A DNA stretch of 64,000 nt, taken from assembly GCA_016787565.1 (NCBI GenBank), contig JAEUUG010000004.1, positions 325,827-389,826 of the forward strand, in the 5' to 3' direction. Below the pieces are notes generated by a model that saw only the letters and a program-made list of their open reading frames with translations, did not search any database and was not told where the DNA came from. The DNA is from Cyclobacteriaceae bacterium. GTDB taxonomy: Bacteria; Bacteroidota; Bacteroidia; Cytophagales; Cyclobacteriaceae. The first letter of the stretch is position 1. Every line of letters starts with the position of its first letter. This document shows positions 9,272 to 19,752 of the stretch, piece by piece. The translations under genes were made by a program, and so were the position numbers.

Positions 9272-10498
9272 TTACAAAGATACATTTTTAGGCCAGCAGA
9301 GATAATTTTTTTTAACGATTTTGCTAAGCGCTTTGATGTTGGGTAAGTCGGAAGCCTGAGCAATGTCCAGGAGGTTGCCCTGCCGGGTCAGAATATTAAT
9401 TTTTTGCCCTTCGGTGTAGGCCTCGTTTGAAACAATTCCGGTTGAAAACAGGTAAGGTGTTTCTGCCCGGAGTGTTTCGTATTTTTTAGATACTGCTGTT
9501 CGCACTTTTTCAATGACACTCTTTTTGATGGGATCAACACTGAGTTCGATCTGAAAGAGTTTTCGTTCCAGCAGCATGGTTGATAGTGTCGATAAAATTT
9601 TATCCGGATGGTTTTTCCAGAATTTCACAGCACCCCATATATCGTTATCATCAAGTTGTCCGAAGGCTTCCAGGGTTGCCGGATTTTCCGACAGGTTTTC
9701 AAGAGAGAATTGTTCTTTTAAAAAATGCATCAAGGCTATGCTGGCGGGTACGTCTTCGCCTGCATGCACCAAAGCCTGCGCCCTCCGTATCAGGTTAACC
9801 AGCATACGTTCTGCACTGATAGTTGTTTTGTGCAAGTACACTTGCCAGTACATCAGCCTGCGGGCATTCAAAAAGTTCTCGATACTGTAAATGCCTTTTT
9901 CTTCCACTACGAGCTGATCGCGGTGAACATGCAGCATGGAAATGATTCTGTCTACACCAATAGTTCCTTCCATCACCCCAGTAAAAAAGCAATCGCGTTT
10001 CAGGTAATCCAATCGGTCAATATCCAGTTGACTGGAAACCAATTGATGAAAAAACTTCCGTTTATAACTGTTACGAAAAATTTTAAGGGTAAGGTCCAGC
10101 GCTCCGTTAAACTCCACATTTAATCGACTCATCAGCAGATAGGAAACACTTTCATGGTTTACTCCGGGCATGATTGAATCTTCCAGCGCATGCGAAAAAG
10201 GACCATGCCCTAGATCGTGTAACAAAATTGCGATTTGAGAGGCCTCATATTCTTCAGCTGAAATTTCAATTCCCTTTGTTCTCAGGTTATCCAATACGCG
10301 GCTCATCAGGTGGAGCGCACCCAACGCGTGTTGAAAGCGGGTATGGAGTGCGCCCGGATATACCTGGTCGGTTAGTCCGAGTTGCTTAATATGCCGAAGG
10401 CGTTGTACATAAGGGTGAGAGATGATGTCAAACAGCAGTTCGCTGGTGATGGTGATGAATCCGTAAACCGGGTCGTTGATGATCTTCTTTTTATTCAA
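9272..10498 (-). CDS. HD-domain phosphohydrolase (dGTPase-like)
   Basis: It has an HD motif (ILLHDLGHGPFSH) and further conserved His/Asp residues (DRLDYLKRD). The 408-aa length fits. It lies upstream of lpxD, as is common in Bacteroidota. Confidence 0.8.
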   Translation of the reverse strand: MNKKKIINDPVYGFITITSELLFDIISHPYVQRLRHIKQLGLTDQVYPGALHTRFQHALGALHLMSRVLDNLRTKGIEISAEEYEASQIAILLHDLGHGPFSHALEDSIMPGVNHESVSYLLMSRLNVEFNGALDLTLKIFRNSYKRKFFHQLVSSQLDIDRLDYLKRDCFFTGVMEGTIGVDRIISMLHVHRDQLVVEEKGIYSIENFLNARRLMYWQVYLHKTTISAERMLVNLIRRAQALVHAGEDVPASIALMHFLKEQFSLENLSENPATLEAFGQLDDNDIWGAVKFWKNHPDKILSTLSTMLLERKLFQIELSVDPIKKSVIEKVRTAVSKKYETLRAETPYLFSTGIVSNEAYTEGQKINILTRQGNLLDIAQASDLPNIKALSKIVKKNYLCWPKNVSL

Positions 10499-10540
10499 GC
10501 TTTCAGCGTTAATTGATTAACTTCGGGTAAAATTTTAAGT

Positions 10541-12103
10541 ATGCAAAGATATAGCATTTTGTGGGCGGATGATGAGATTGATTTATTGAAACCGCATATC
10601 ATCTTTCTGGAGCAACGGGGGTATGACATTACACCGGTGAACAACGGAGCAGACGCGGTGGAACTGTGTGAAGAAAAGAATTTTGATGTTGTTTTTTTAG
10701 ATGAACATATGCCGGGCATGTCAGGTCTGGAGGCATTGAGCCAGATCAAAAACAACAAGCCCAATCTTCCGGTAGTGATGATCACCAAAAATGAGGAAGA
10801 ACAAATTATGGAAGAGGCAATCGGGTCGAAGATTGCCGATTACCTGATCAAGCCGTTAAACCCCAGCCAGATTTTACTTTCGGTAAAGAAGATTTTAGAA
10901 AACAAACGCCTGGTGATCGAAAAGACAAATCTGAATTATCAACAGGAATTCCAGAAGATCAGCATGGCCTTTCAGGATCGTATGAACCACGAACAGTGGG
11001 CTGATATTTATAAGAAACTGGTGTATTGGGAACTACAAATCGATCAAGCCGATAACAACGATATGGGTGAGGTTCTGGATATGCAAAAGTCAGAAGCGAA
11101 TGCAAACTTCTCCAAGTTTATCATGCGAAATTATGATGCATGGTTGAATGATCCGAAGGCGGAGAAACCCTTACTCTCTCATCAATTGATGAAGCGAAAG
11201 GTTTTTCCGGAGATTGGAAAGGGCAAGCCTGTTTTCCTGATTGTGATTGACAATCTCCGCTTTGACCAATGGAAAACCATTGAACCCGAGTTGTCAGAAT
11301 ATTTCAATGTTGATCAGGAAGAAACGTATTACTCTATTTTACCGACCACAACAGCCTACGCCCGAAACGCTATTTTTTCTGGTCAGATGCCCACCGAGAT
11401 GGCACAGACAAATCCTGATTTATGGGTAGGTGAAGATGAAGATGAAGGAAAGAATAATTTTGAGGAGGAGTTTCTGGCCAAGCAACTGCGCAGAAATAAT
11501 CTTACGGTAAAGCTGTCGTATCACAAAATAAAAAATTTGGAAGAAGGTAGAAGCCTTGCCGATACGGTGAACAACCTTTTTCAAAATGATCTGAATGTTA
11601 TTGTCTACAATTTTGTGGATATGCTCTCGCACGCGCGTACAGACATGGCGATGGTGCGTGAACTTGCCCCGGACGAATCGGCTTACCGCTCTATCACCAA
11701 GTCATGGTTTTTGCACTCTCCGTTGATTGAAATTTTGAAGAAAATTGCTGATAAAAATGCACGGGTGATCATCACGACTGATCATGGCACCATCCGCGTG
11801 AAGCGCCCGTTTAAAATTATTGGCGACCGTGCTGTTAACTCCAACTTGCGGTATAAGCAGGGGAAGAACCTGGGTTATGAAGGCGATAAAGTTATGCAGG
11901 CACCTAAGCCCGAACGGCTGGGACTTCCCAAACTGAATATCTCTTCCACCTATGTGTTTGCTATTGAAGATCAGTTTTTCGCTTACCCGAACAACTACAA
12001 CTATTATGTAAACTTTTATAAGGATACCTTTCAGCATGGCGGTGTAAGCATGGAGGAAATGATCATTCCCATAATTTTTCTAACTTCGAAAAATGCATCC
12101 TGA
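10541..12103 (+). CDS. porX: response regulator with CheY-like receiver + PglZ (alkaline-phosphatase-like) effector domain; PorX-type
   Basis: The N-terminal receiver domain (ILWADDEIDLL...VVFLDEHMPGMSGLEAL...KPLNP) is followed by a PglZ-type domain of about 390 aa. At 520 aa the architecture matches PorX, the T9SS regulator of Porphyromonas, and its Flavobacterium orthologues. Confidence 0.8.
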   Translation: MQRYSILWADDEIDLLKPHIIFLEQRGYDITPVNNGADAVELCEEKNFDVVFLDEHMPGMSGLEALSQIKNNKPNLPVVMITKNEEEQIMEEAIGSKIADYLIKPLNPSQILLSVKKILENKRLVIEKTNLNYQQEFQKISMAFQDRMNHEQWADIYKKLVYWELQIDQADNNDMGEVLDMQKSEANANFSKFIMRNYDAWLNDPKAEKPLLSHQLMKRKVFPEIGKGKPVFLIVIDNLRFDQWKTIEPELSEYFNVDQEETYYSILPTTTAYARNAIFSGQMPTEMAQTNPDLWVGEDEDEGKNNFEEEFLAKQLRRNNLTVKLSYHKIKNLEEGRSLADTVNNLFQNDLNVIVYNFVDMLSHARTDMAMVRELAPDESAYRSITKSWFLHSPLIEILKKIADKNARVIITTDHGTIRVKRPFKIIGDRAVNSNLRYKQGKNLGYEGDKVMQAPKPERLGLPKLNISSTYVFAIEDQFFAYPNNYNYYVNFYKDTFQHGGVSMEEMIIPIIFLTSKNAS

Positions 12104-12557
12104 TTTGCGCGAAGCGATTTATGAACACGTTGCGCTTCATGACCTGGAGCGGGTTGCAGATAAACTGCTGCAGGAAGCCGGAGAAGTTAAAATTTGGATT
12201 TTCAGTGGAGAGATGGGTTCTGGGAAAACAACATTGATAAAAGCGTTGTGTAGCTTGCTGGGAGTTTCGGATGCGATGAGCAGCCCAACCTTTTCAATTG
12301 TAAACGAATACCAGACAAACACAGATCAGCAGATTTATCATTTTGATTTTTACAGAATAAAAAATGAAACCGAAGCCTGGGATATTGGTATAGATGAATA
12401 CCTCTATTCGGGTAATTATTGCTTCATCGAATGGCCGGAAAAAATTCCATCACTCATTCCAGCGAGGCACGTGTCGGTGATGCTCACACAGGAAAGTAAT
12501 GTCGAACGAACCATAGCCCTATCTCTTCATGACGGAGAAAAAGAAAACCGGATTTGA
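12093..12557 (+). CDS. tsaE: tRNA threonylcarbamoyladenosine biosynthesis ATPase TsaE
   Basis: It has a P-loop (FSGEMGSGKTTLIKAL) and a typical length of 154 aa. It overlaps the end of porX by 11 bp. Confidence 0.85.
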   Translation: MHPDLREAIYEHVALHDLERVADKLLQEAGEVKIWIFSGEMGSGKTTLIKALCSLLGVSDAMSSPTFSIVNEYQTNTDQQIYHFDFYRIKNETEAWDIGIDEYLYSGNYCFIEWPEKIPSLIPARHVSVMLTQESNVERTIALSLHDGEKENRI

Positions 12558-13755
12558 GGCACTCGCCACCAAGACCAGCCTCTATCCACAGGAACAAATG
12601 CTGGAAGTAAAAAGGCGCAGGCATGCTTTTTTTATTGGCTTGCCACGAGAAATATCATTGCAGGAAAACCGGATCAGTCTCACCCCTGATGCTGTTGAAT
12701 TGCTCGTGAATAACGGCCATGATGTTTGGGTGGAAACGAAAGCCGGTATCGGTTCCAAGTTCTCAGACAAACAATACAGCGATGCGGGAGCAAAGATTGT
12801 TTACTCTCCACAGGAAGTATATCAGGCCGATGTTATACTCAAGATAGAACCTCCAACACTCGAGGAAATCGAATTGATGCATTCGGGCCAGGCTTTAATC
12901 TCGGCCATGCAGTTGGGTCATTTGAAAGTTGAATGCCTTCAAGCCCTGATGAAGAAAAAAGTAACGGCACTAGCGTATGAATTTATAGAAGATAAGGTAG
13001 GGGGTATGCCCATTATCCGGGCGATGAGTGAAATAGCCGGAAGCACGGTGTTGCTGATCGCTTCAGAGTACCTGAGTACAGCCAACAGTGGCAAAGGTGT
13101 TATCCTGGGCGGAATAACCGGAGTGCCGCCAACAAAGGTTGTGATCATCGGAGCGGGCACGGTGGCCGAGTATGCTGCACGTGCAGCCCTGGGACTTGGT
13201 GCTGACGTTCAGATTTTCGACAATCATATTTATAAACTCAGGCGAATAAAACATTTACTGGGTCAACAGATTTACACGTCAACGATCGACACGATTACGT
13301 TAAGTGAAACACTTAAAACTGCCGATGTGGTGATTGGTGCTTTGCGTGCTGAAAAAGGTCGCGCGCGTCATGTTATTACCGAAGCAATGGTGAGCCAGAT
13401 GAAACCGGATTCGCTGATTATCGATTTGAGCATTGATCAGGGCGGCTGTGTCGAAACATCGGATATTACCACGCTGAGTAAGCCTGTTTTTAGAAAGCAT
13501 GATGTAATACATTATTGCGTGCCCAATGTGGCATCGCGTGTAGCGCATACCGCTACGAATGCACTCAGTAATATTTTTACACCAACTATTTTGCGTGCAG
13601 GCGAGGAGGGTGGTGTGGAGGCCATGATCTTCTCGCACAAATGGTTTATGAAAGGTGTGTATACGTACAAAGGCGGATTGACCAATGAGTACGTAGCCCG
13701 AAAATTTGGGCTGAAATACAAAAACATAGAACTGCTCATGGCAGCACGGTTTTGA
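12529..13755 (+). CDS. ald: alanine dehydrogenase
   Basis: It has a Rossmann motif (VVIIGAGTVAEYAARAA) and the active-site stretch IDLSIDQGGCVETS, homologous to the AlaDH stretch IDQGGCFE. The N-terminal 23 aa may not be translated. An alternative start lies at Met24 (about 12598), which would remove the overlap with tsaE. Confidence 0.8.
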   Translation: MTEKKKTGFEALATKTSLYPQEQMLEVKRRRHAFFIGLPREISLQENRISLTPDAVELLVNNGHDVWVETKAGIGSKFSDKQYSDAGAKIVYSPQEVYQADVILKIEPPTLEEIELMHSGQALISAMQLGHLKVECLQALMKKKVTALAYEFIEDKVGGMPIIRAMSEIAGSTVLLIASEYLSTANSGKGVILGGITGVPPTKVVIIGAGTVAEYAARAALGLGADVQIFDNHIYKLRRIKHLLGQQIYTSTIDTITLSETLKTADVVIGALRAEKGRARHVITEAMVSQMKPDSLIIDLSIDQGGCVETSDITTLSKPVFRKHDVIHYCVPNVASRVAHTATNALSNIFTPTILRAGEEGGVEAMIFSHKWFMKGVYTYKGGLTNEYVARKFGLKYKNIELLMAARF

Positions 13756-13758
13756 ATT

Positions 13759-16389
13759 TCAAAGCCTCTTTAAGCTTTCTTCCAGTGCTTTGATTTTAGC
13801 TTCAGCATCTGCCTTTTTCTTGCGTTCCATTTCCAATACGTTGGCGGGTGCGCCACGCACGAACTTTTCGTTGGATAACTTTTTATCCACGGAAGCCAGA
13901 AACCCTTTTTGATATTCCAGTTCCTTGAGTAGTGTTTCACGCTCTTTATTCGCATCAACCTTTCCTTCCAGTGGAATAAAGAATTCGGTTGATCCAACAA
14001 TAAAAGGTGTGCTATTGACTGCGGGTGCTTCAGCAACAAAGTTTATTTCGTGAATATTCGACAGCTTTTTAAGGATTGACCAGAATGCTTTGATCGGAGC
14101 TTGCTCACCATTCCTGACGAGTAATGGTAAGGCATCTTTTGGCGAGAGACCTTTCGTACTCCGAATGTTTCGTATCTCAGCGATAATGGCAAATGAAAAT
14201 GAGGCCTCATTCAGAATTTTTGAATCGAAGGTTGAAGAATTTGGCCAGGATGCGATAATGATACATTCTTTTTCGTTCTTCTGTTGAAGTTCATGCCACA
14301 GTTCTTCCGTGATAAACGGCATGAACGGATGCAGCGCTTTTAAAAGCGTCTCGAAAAATAAAATTGTTTTGTTGTACGTGCCTTGGTCGATAGGTTTGCC
14401 AAATTCCGGCTTGATCATTTCCAGGTACCAGGAACAGAAGTCATCCCAGATCAATTTATAAATGGTCATCAGGGCATCTGACATTCTGAACTTGGTAAAA
14501 TGATCGTTCAGTTCAGCTAATGATTGACTCAGCCTGGACTCGAACCAGGTAATGGCTATTGTATTTTCTTCCGGGATGTTTCCTTCGAATGTATTCCATC
14601 CTTTCACCAGCCGGAAGGCATTCCAGATTTTATTGGCAAAGTTGCGTCCCTGCTCAATTAATTTTTCATCGTACAACAAATCGTTTCCGGCAGGCGAACT
14701 GAACAGCATACCCGTGCGTACAGCATCGGCTCCAAAATTGGCAATCAGGTCGAGCGGATCTGGAGAGTTGCCCAATGATTTCGACATTTTTCTTCCTTGC
14801 TTATCGCGTACAATGCCCGTGAGGTAAACGTTTTTGAAAGGCATTTCTCCACGATATTCATATCCGGCAATGATCATCCGGGCAACCCAAAAGAATAAAA
14901 TCTCCGGTGCTGTTACTAAATCATTCGTAGGGTAGAAATAGTTAAGATCCTTGTTCCCCTTATTACCATCTTTAAAAATCGTAGTATCAAAAACAGCAAT
15001 CGGCCATAGCCAGCTCGAGAACCACGTGTCCATCACATCCGCGTCCTGCGTAAGCTTTGGAGTGCCGGATGCCGGATGTTGCAATTTGTAAAGATCAAGT
15101 GCTTCGGCTTCTGTTTTGGCAACGATATAATTTCCTTTCTCATCGTACCACGCTGGTATACGATGCCCCCACCAAAGTTGGCGCGATATACACCAGTCGC
15201 GCACATTGCTCATCCAGTGGTTATAGGTGTTTTTGAATTTTGGTGGGATAAGCTGGATGTCATCGTTCATCACGTGCTCGAGTGCAGGCTTGGTGATGGT
15301 ATCCATTTTTAAAAACCATTGTAGCGAGAGTCGGGGTTCGATCACAGCATCGGTACGTTCAGAAAATCCGACATTGCTGCTATAGTCTTCTATTTTACTC
15401 AGGCATTCTTTCGCTTCAAGTTCTTTTGCTATTTTCTTTCGTGCAATGAACCGATCTTCACCAACATACAGGAGCGCCTTTTCATTCAGTGTTCCATCCT
15501 CATGCAGAATGTCAATCACCTCGAGGTTATGCTTTTTGCCTAACTCGTAATCATTCATATCGTGAGCAGGTGTCACTTTCAAACAACCTGTTCCAAAATC
15601 CATGGTGACGTACTCGTCTTCAATGATTGGAATGGAACGATTGATTAGCGGAATTAATGCTCGTTTACCTTTCAGGTGTTTATAGCGTTCGTCATTGGGG
15701 TTGATACAGATTGCAGCATCCGCCATGATTGTCTCGGGGCGAACCGTTGCAATCGTGAGGTGGTCACCGCTACCCTCTATCTGATACTTTATATAGTACA
15801 ATTTAGACTGAACATCTTTGTGAATCACTTCATCATCCGATAGTGCAGTTTTTCCGGCCGGGTCCCAGTTTACCATGCGCAGTCCGCGGTAGATATATCC
15901 TTTTTTGTGCAAGTCAATGAATACATCGATTACTGCTTCGTAATAATCTGCATCCATCGTAAACTTCGTACGGCTCCAATCGCAGGATGCTCCGAGTTTT
16001 TTTAACTGTTCGAGAATGATGCCGCCATATTTCTCTTTCCATTCCCAGGCATACTTCAGAAAGTCCTCACGCGACAAGTCTGATTTTTTGATCCCTCTTT
16101 CACGCAGCATGGCCACCACCTTTGCTTCTGTTGCAATGGATGCGTGATCTGTTCCGGGAACCCAACATGCTTCCTTACCTTCCATGCGCGCCTTGCGCAC
16201 AAGGATATCCTGAATGGTGTTGTTCAGCATGTGCCCCATATGCAAAACACCCGTTACGTTTGGCGGAGGGATGACAATACAATATGGATCTTTGGATGGA
16301 TTCGGTTCAGCATGAAAAAAACCATGCTCCATCCAGTAACTATACCACTTGCTTTCTACTTCGGCAGGATTGTATTTCGTTGATAACAT
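13759..16389 (-). CDS. valS: valine--tRNA ligase
   Basis: It has the class I HIGH motif ([17 protein letters not shown]), the KMSKS motif, and a C-terminal coiled-coil domain. The 876-aa length fits. Confidence 0.95.
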   Translation of the reverse strand: MLSTKYNPAEVESKWYSYWMEHGFFHAEPNPSKDPYCIVIPPPNVTGVLHMGHMLNNTIQDILVRKARMEGKEACWVPGTDHASIATEAKVVAMLRERGIKKSDLSREDFLKYAWEWKEKYGGIILEQLKKLGASCDWSRTKFTMDADYYEAVIDVFIDLHKKGYIYRGLRMVNWDPAGKTALSDDEVIHKDVQSKLYYIKYQIEGSGDHLTIATVRPETIMADAAICINPNDERYKHLKGKRALIPLINRSIPIIEDEYVTMDFGTGCLKVTPAHDMNDYELGKKHNLEVIDILHEDGTLNEKALLYVGEDRFIARKKIAKELEAKECLSKIEDYSSNVGFSERTDAVIEPRLSLQWFLKMDTITKPALEHVMNDDIQLIPPKFKNTYNHWMSNVRDWCISRQLWWGHRIPAWYDEKGNYIVAKTEAEALDLYKLQHPASGTPKLTQDADVMDTWFSSWLWPIAVFDTTIFKDGNKGNKDLNYFYPTNDLVTAPEILFFWVARMIIAGYEYRGEMPFKNVYLTGIVRDKQGRKMSKSLGNSPDPLDLIANFGADAVRTGMLFSSPAGNDLLYDEKLIEQGRNFANKIWNAFRLVKGWNTFEGNIPEENTIAITWFESRLSQSLAELNDHFTKFRMSDALMTIYKLIWDDFCSWYLEMIKPEFGKPIDQGTYNKTILFFETLLKALHPFMPFITEELWHELQQKNEKECIIIASWPNSSTFDSKILNEASFSFAIIAEIRNIRSTKGLSPKDALPLLVRNGEQAPIKAFWSILKKLSNIHEINFVAEAPAVNSTPFIVGSTEFFIPLEGKVDANKERETLLKELEYQKGFLASVDKKLSNEKFVRGAPANVLEMERKKKADAEAKIKALEESLKRL

Positions 16390-16519
16390 CTGGTGTACTG
16401 TTAATTGTTACTCGAACATTCGCTGGCCGAATAACCTCGTTTGGGTCGCAAAAATAAGGAAAAGGTGTGCAATACCCAGCTTTTTTATAGGCATCCAAAT
16501 AACCCCAAAAGCAGGAGGT

Positions 16520-17893
16520 TTATCCGATGTTAGCCATACGGATTCTCCAGTTTAGCGGGTACAGGTTGTTCATCCTGTTTTCCAGGATATTCATCCATCC
16601 CAGCGGAGTTCCGAGGTAGCAAACCAGTGCAAAGCCCCGGGTTTTACCTTCTATTGTGAGATTTTCTTTTCGGAGATAGTGAAGTGCATTTTCATGATCA
16701 ACATCCAGTATTGGAAAAGCTTTTTTTTCGAGATGCACGGAAAGCGCGAGTGCATGTTCCGGAATAAACTTCGTATGTTTTATACTGGCGAGGGCCGTAC
16801 CGGCTTCTACCACCCGAAGGTTTTGACTTAAAAACTCAACAGCGTCTGTCATGCCTTCCGGAATCATCAGAATCGTTTCGTTGAATTGAAGAAATGCTTT
16901 AGTGATGGGCTCCGCTACCCACTGGCTAATCTGGTCAACAATTTTTTTGGAAGGGGATGTGAATACATTCCTTCCGCTTTTTATTCTTACCGATTTCGTT
17001 TCTTCTTTTTTCCGGATAATGGAAATAAAAAAACCTTCGCCCTGAACACGGTGAGGATAAAAGCGATATCCAATCATCTTATCGAATATCACTTTTTCGA
17101 TTCCCCATGCCGAGGGGATGTCGAGGGGAAGAAATTCAACCTCATGATGCAAAGAAAGCCAATTCAAATTATCTTCATTCTCGAGGGAATTGAATGTGCA
17201 GGTACAATAAATCAGTATCCCATTTTCGCTTAGGGCTGGCCATACATCACTTAAAATTCTCTTTTGTCTGTTGGCACAGAGTGTTACATGGTCGGGGGAC
17301 CATTCCTTCATTGAATCTGGATCTTTGCGGAATAAACCTTCACCCGAACAAGGCGCGTCTACTACAATCAAATCAAAAAATCCGCTCAGGCGCTGAAAGT
17401 GCTCCGGGTCACTGTTTGTAACCATAACATTATGCTTGCCCCACTTTTGGATATTCTCCGAAAGGATGCCTGCCCTCGACCGGATGACTTCGTTGGAAAC
17501 CAGTAGACTCTGATCATTCAGCAGACTCAGCAGGTGTGTAGATTTGCCACCGGGTGCTGCGCAAAGGTCTAGTGCACGGATGGGTTTCGAAAGATCGATG
17601 GATTGGTTTATGGCTTGTTCCAGGAACATAGAGCTTGCTTCCTGAACGTAATACGTGCCCGCATGAAATAGCGGATCAAGTGTAAAGGCAGGTCTTTCTC
17701 TCAAATAGTGGCCATACTGTGTCCAGGGAATGTTTGGGACATCTTGTGGTGCATATCTTTTTTGAGGATTAATCCGGATGCTGGTAGGAGTAGGTTGTGT
17801 CATGGAGTTGAGGAAATCAGGATATGATTTTCCTAAGGTTTCCTCCATGCGTTGCCGGAAGGCTAGCGGTAAAGTCACTACATGTTCAGCCAT
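16520..17893 (-). CDS. rRNA cytosine-C5 methyltransferase, NOL1/NOP2/Sun (RsmB/RsmF) family
   Basis: It has a SAM-binding motif (DLCAAPGGKSTHL) and the catalytic motif DAPCSGEG. Confidence 0.85.
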   Translation of the reverse strand: MAEHVVTLPLAFRQRMEETLGKSYPDFLNSMTQPTPTSIRINPQKRYAPQDVPNIPWTQYGHYLRERPAFTLDPLFHAGTYYVQEASSMFLEQAINQSIDLSKPIRALDLCAAPGGKSTHLLSLLNDQSLLVSNEVIRSRAGILSENIQKWGKHNVMVTNSDPEHFQRLSGFFDLIVVDAPCSGEGLFRKDPDSMKEWSPDHVTLCANRQKRILSDVWPALSENGILIYCTCTFNSLENEDNLNWLSLHHEVEFLPLDIPSAWGIEKVIFDKMIGYRFYPHRVQGEGFFISIIRKKEETKSVRIKSGRNVFTSPSKKIVDQISQWVAEPITKAFLQFNETILMIPEGMTDAVEFLSQNLRVVEAGTALASIKHTKFIPEHALALSVHLEKKAFPILDVDHENALHYLRKENLTIEGKTRGFALVCYLGTPLGWMNILENRMNNLYPLNWRIRMANIG

Positions 17894-17969
17894 TGCTGCA
17901 AGTTAAACTTTCCATCCTTCTTGCCGTCTTGCTTGTAAAAAATTAGGTTTACTATCTAAATCGATACAC

Positions 17970-19235
17970 ATGATCTCGGCCAATGATCCGAAGTTGAAAA
18001 GTTGGGTCACTATTCCAAAGGATTCTGATTTCCCAATTCAAAATCTTCCTTTTGGAATTTTTAAAACGAAGTATTTATCAGCGGTAGCTGGTGTGGCCAT
18101 TGGTGACCATGTGCTTGATCTGGTTTACCTGCACGAACACGGATACCTTGATGGATTGGGTTTACCTTCCGGTATATTTAATCAGAAGTTTCTGAATGAT
18201 TTTTTAGCACTGGGTAAAAAGAAAATACGTCAAGTGCGTGAGCGTGTTTCGGTATTGTTACGCCATGATAGCGATGAGTTAAATGCTGCCGATCGTGAAA
18301 TTGCACTGGTACCCATGGAGGAAGTGCAAATGCTTTTGCCGGTCCGCATCGGAAATTATACTGACTTTTACAGCAGCGAAGAGCACGCTTTCAATGTTGG
18401 CTCCATGTTTCGCGACCCGAAGAATGCGTTGTTACCCAACTGGAAACATTTGCCCGTTGGCTACCACGGTCGTGCTTCTTCTATTGTTGTTTCCGGAATT
18501 CCGATTCATCGGCCGAAAGGCCAGATCAAACCATCAGATAGTGATATCCCTATTTTTTGTCCAACGCGTAAATTAGATTTCGAACTGGAAGTTGCCTTTA
18601 TAACGTGTGGTGAAAACAAACTTGGTCAGCGCATTACTGTTGATCAGGCTGAAGATTACATTGCAGGATTTGTATTGTTCAATGACTGGTCGGCACGAGA
18701 CATACAGCAATGGGAGTATGTTCCACTGGGGCCATTTCTTTCCAAGAATTTTGGCTCGACTATTTCTCCGTGGATTGTTACGATGGATGCGCTGGAACCT
18801 TTTCGGGTCGAGGGCCCTGCTCAGCATCCACACGTTCTTCCTTATCTGGCGTTTGAAGGGAACAAGAATTTTGATGTGATGTTGGAGGTGTTATTGCAAG
18901 CTGAAAAATCTGACCCAGTAACCATTAGCCGTTCAAATTTCAAATACATGTACTGGAATGTAAATCAGCAACTCGCTCATCATACCAGCAACGGTTGTAA
19001 TATCCAGGTTGGTGATTTGTATGCTTCCGGCACGATTAGCGGACCTTCACCAGGATCTTTTGGCTCAATGCTGGAGTTGACATGGAATGGAGAAAACCCA
19101 CTGAATTTACCAGACGGCTCAATACGTAGTTTTATTGACGATGGCGACACCCTTATCATGAAAGGTCATGCCATCCGGAATGGAGTTCGAATCGGATTTG
19201 GATCGTGCAACGGAAAAATTTTACCATCAACGTAA
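17970..19235 (+). CDS. fahA: fumarylacetoacetase
   Basis: The N-terminal domain of the fumarylacetoacetate hydrolase (FAH) family (FPIQNLPFGIF) is followed by the C-terminal FAH fold. The 421-aa length is typical. Confidence 0.85.
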   Translation: MISANDPKLKSWVTIPKDSDFPIQNLPFGIFKTKYLSAVAGVAIGDHVLDLVYLHEHGYLDGLGLPSGIFNQKFLNDFLALGKKKIRQVRERVSVLLRHDSDELNAADREIALVPMEEVQMLLPVRIGNYTDFYSSEEHAFNVGSMFRDPKNALLPNWKHLPVGYHGRASSIVVSGIPIHRPKGQIKPSDSDIPIFCPTRKLDFELEVAFITCGENKLGQRITVDQAEDYIAGFVLFNDWSARDIQQWEYVPLGPFLSKNFGSTISPWIVTMDALEPFRVEGPAQHPHVLPYLAFEGNKNFDVMLEVLLQAEKSDPVTISRSNFKYMYWNVNQQLAHHTSNGCNIQVGDLYASGTISGPSPGSFGSMLELTWNGENPLNLPDGSIRSFIDDGDTLIMKGHAIRNGVRIGFGSCNGKILPST

Positions 19236-19272
19236 GTAAGCTGAAAAATATAGAGGAAGGCAAATCACCCTA

Positions 19273-19752
19273 ATGAAGAACAGAATTAACTTTTATCTTT
19301 TCATACTCGCCATAGTGGTGTTGGATGCTGTTTTGTTACGGAGTCCGAATTTGTTAGGGAAGATTGGATTGATACTGTATAAGTATGATTACTTGCGCAC
19401 TTTTCCAAAGGCATTGCTCACCGTTTCGCTGGTAGCAGGAGCAGGTGTTGTACTGGCGGAAGCAGTCAGGTATATGGTTCAGCGTGCGAAACTTAAATTT
19501 TTCACAGGTCGTTTAGTTTTGTTTGTATTGTTCATGGCATCAACCGCCATGCTGGTCAAGACTGTTATTGATTTTACCGCGTGGAGTTATAGCCACACAG
19601 GATTACGTTTTCAATTGGGAGCTTTTCTGCTCCCGTTGATTTTGATGATCCAGTTTTTTTATTCCTGGCGTACCATGCCGAAGGCAACATTATTTCCGGT
19701 TTCACCTGTCATGGATACTAAAAATAAAACAGAATCATATGGTAACGATTAA
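19273..19752 (+). CDS. hypothetical integral membrane protein (about 4 TM)
   Basis: It has four hydrophobic helices and no recognisable motifs. Its end overlaps the start of the flavin reductase gene, which suggests a co-operonic arrangement. Confidence 0.5.
   Translation: MKNRINFYLFILAIVVLDAVLLRSPNLLGKIGLILYKYDYLRTFPKALLTVSLVAGAGVVLAEAVRYMVQRAKLKFFTGRLVLFVLFMASTAMLVKTVIDFTAWSYSHTGLRFQLGAFLLPLILMIQFFYSWRTMPKATLFPVSPVMDTKNKTESYGND

Noticed and set aside
10541-12103. PglZ domain as a hint of a BREX-type phage-defence system
   Set aside because: The PglZ domain is fused to a CheY receiver, which is the PorX architecture. No PglX methyltransferase or BrxC/BrxL-like genes are present. The neighbours are housekeeping genes.
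19180-19200. tRNA-like T-arm string ggagttcgaatcgg
   Set aside because: It lies inside the fumarylacetoacetase coding sequence with no acceptor or anticodon stem context. It is a coincidence.
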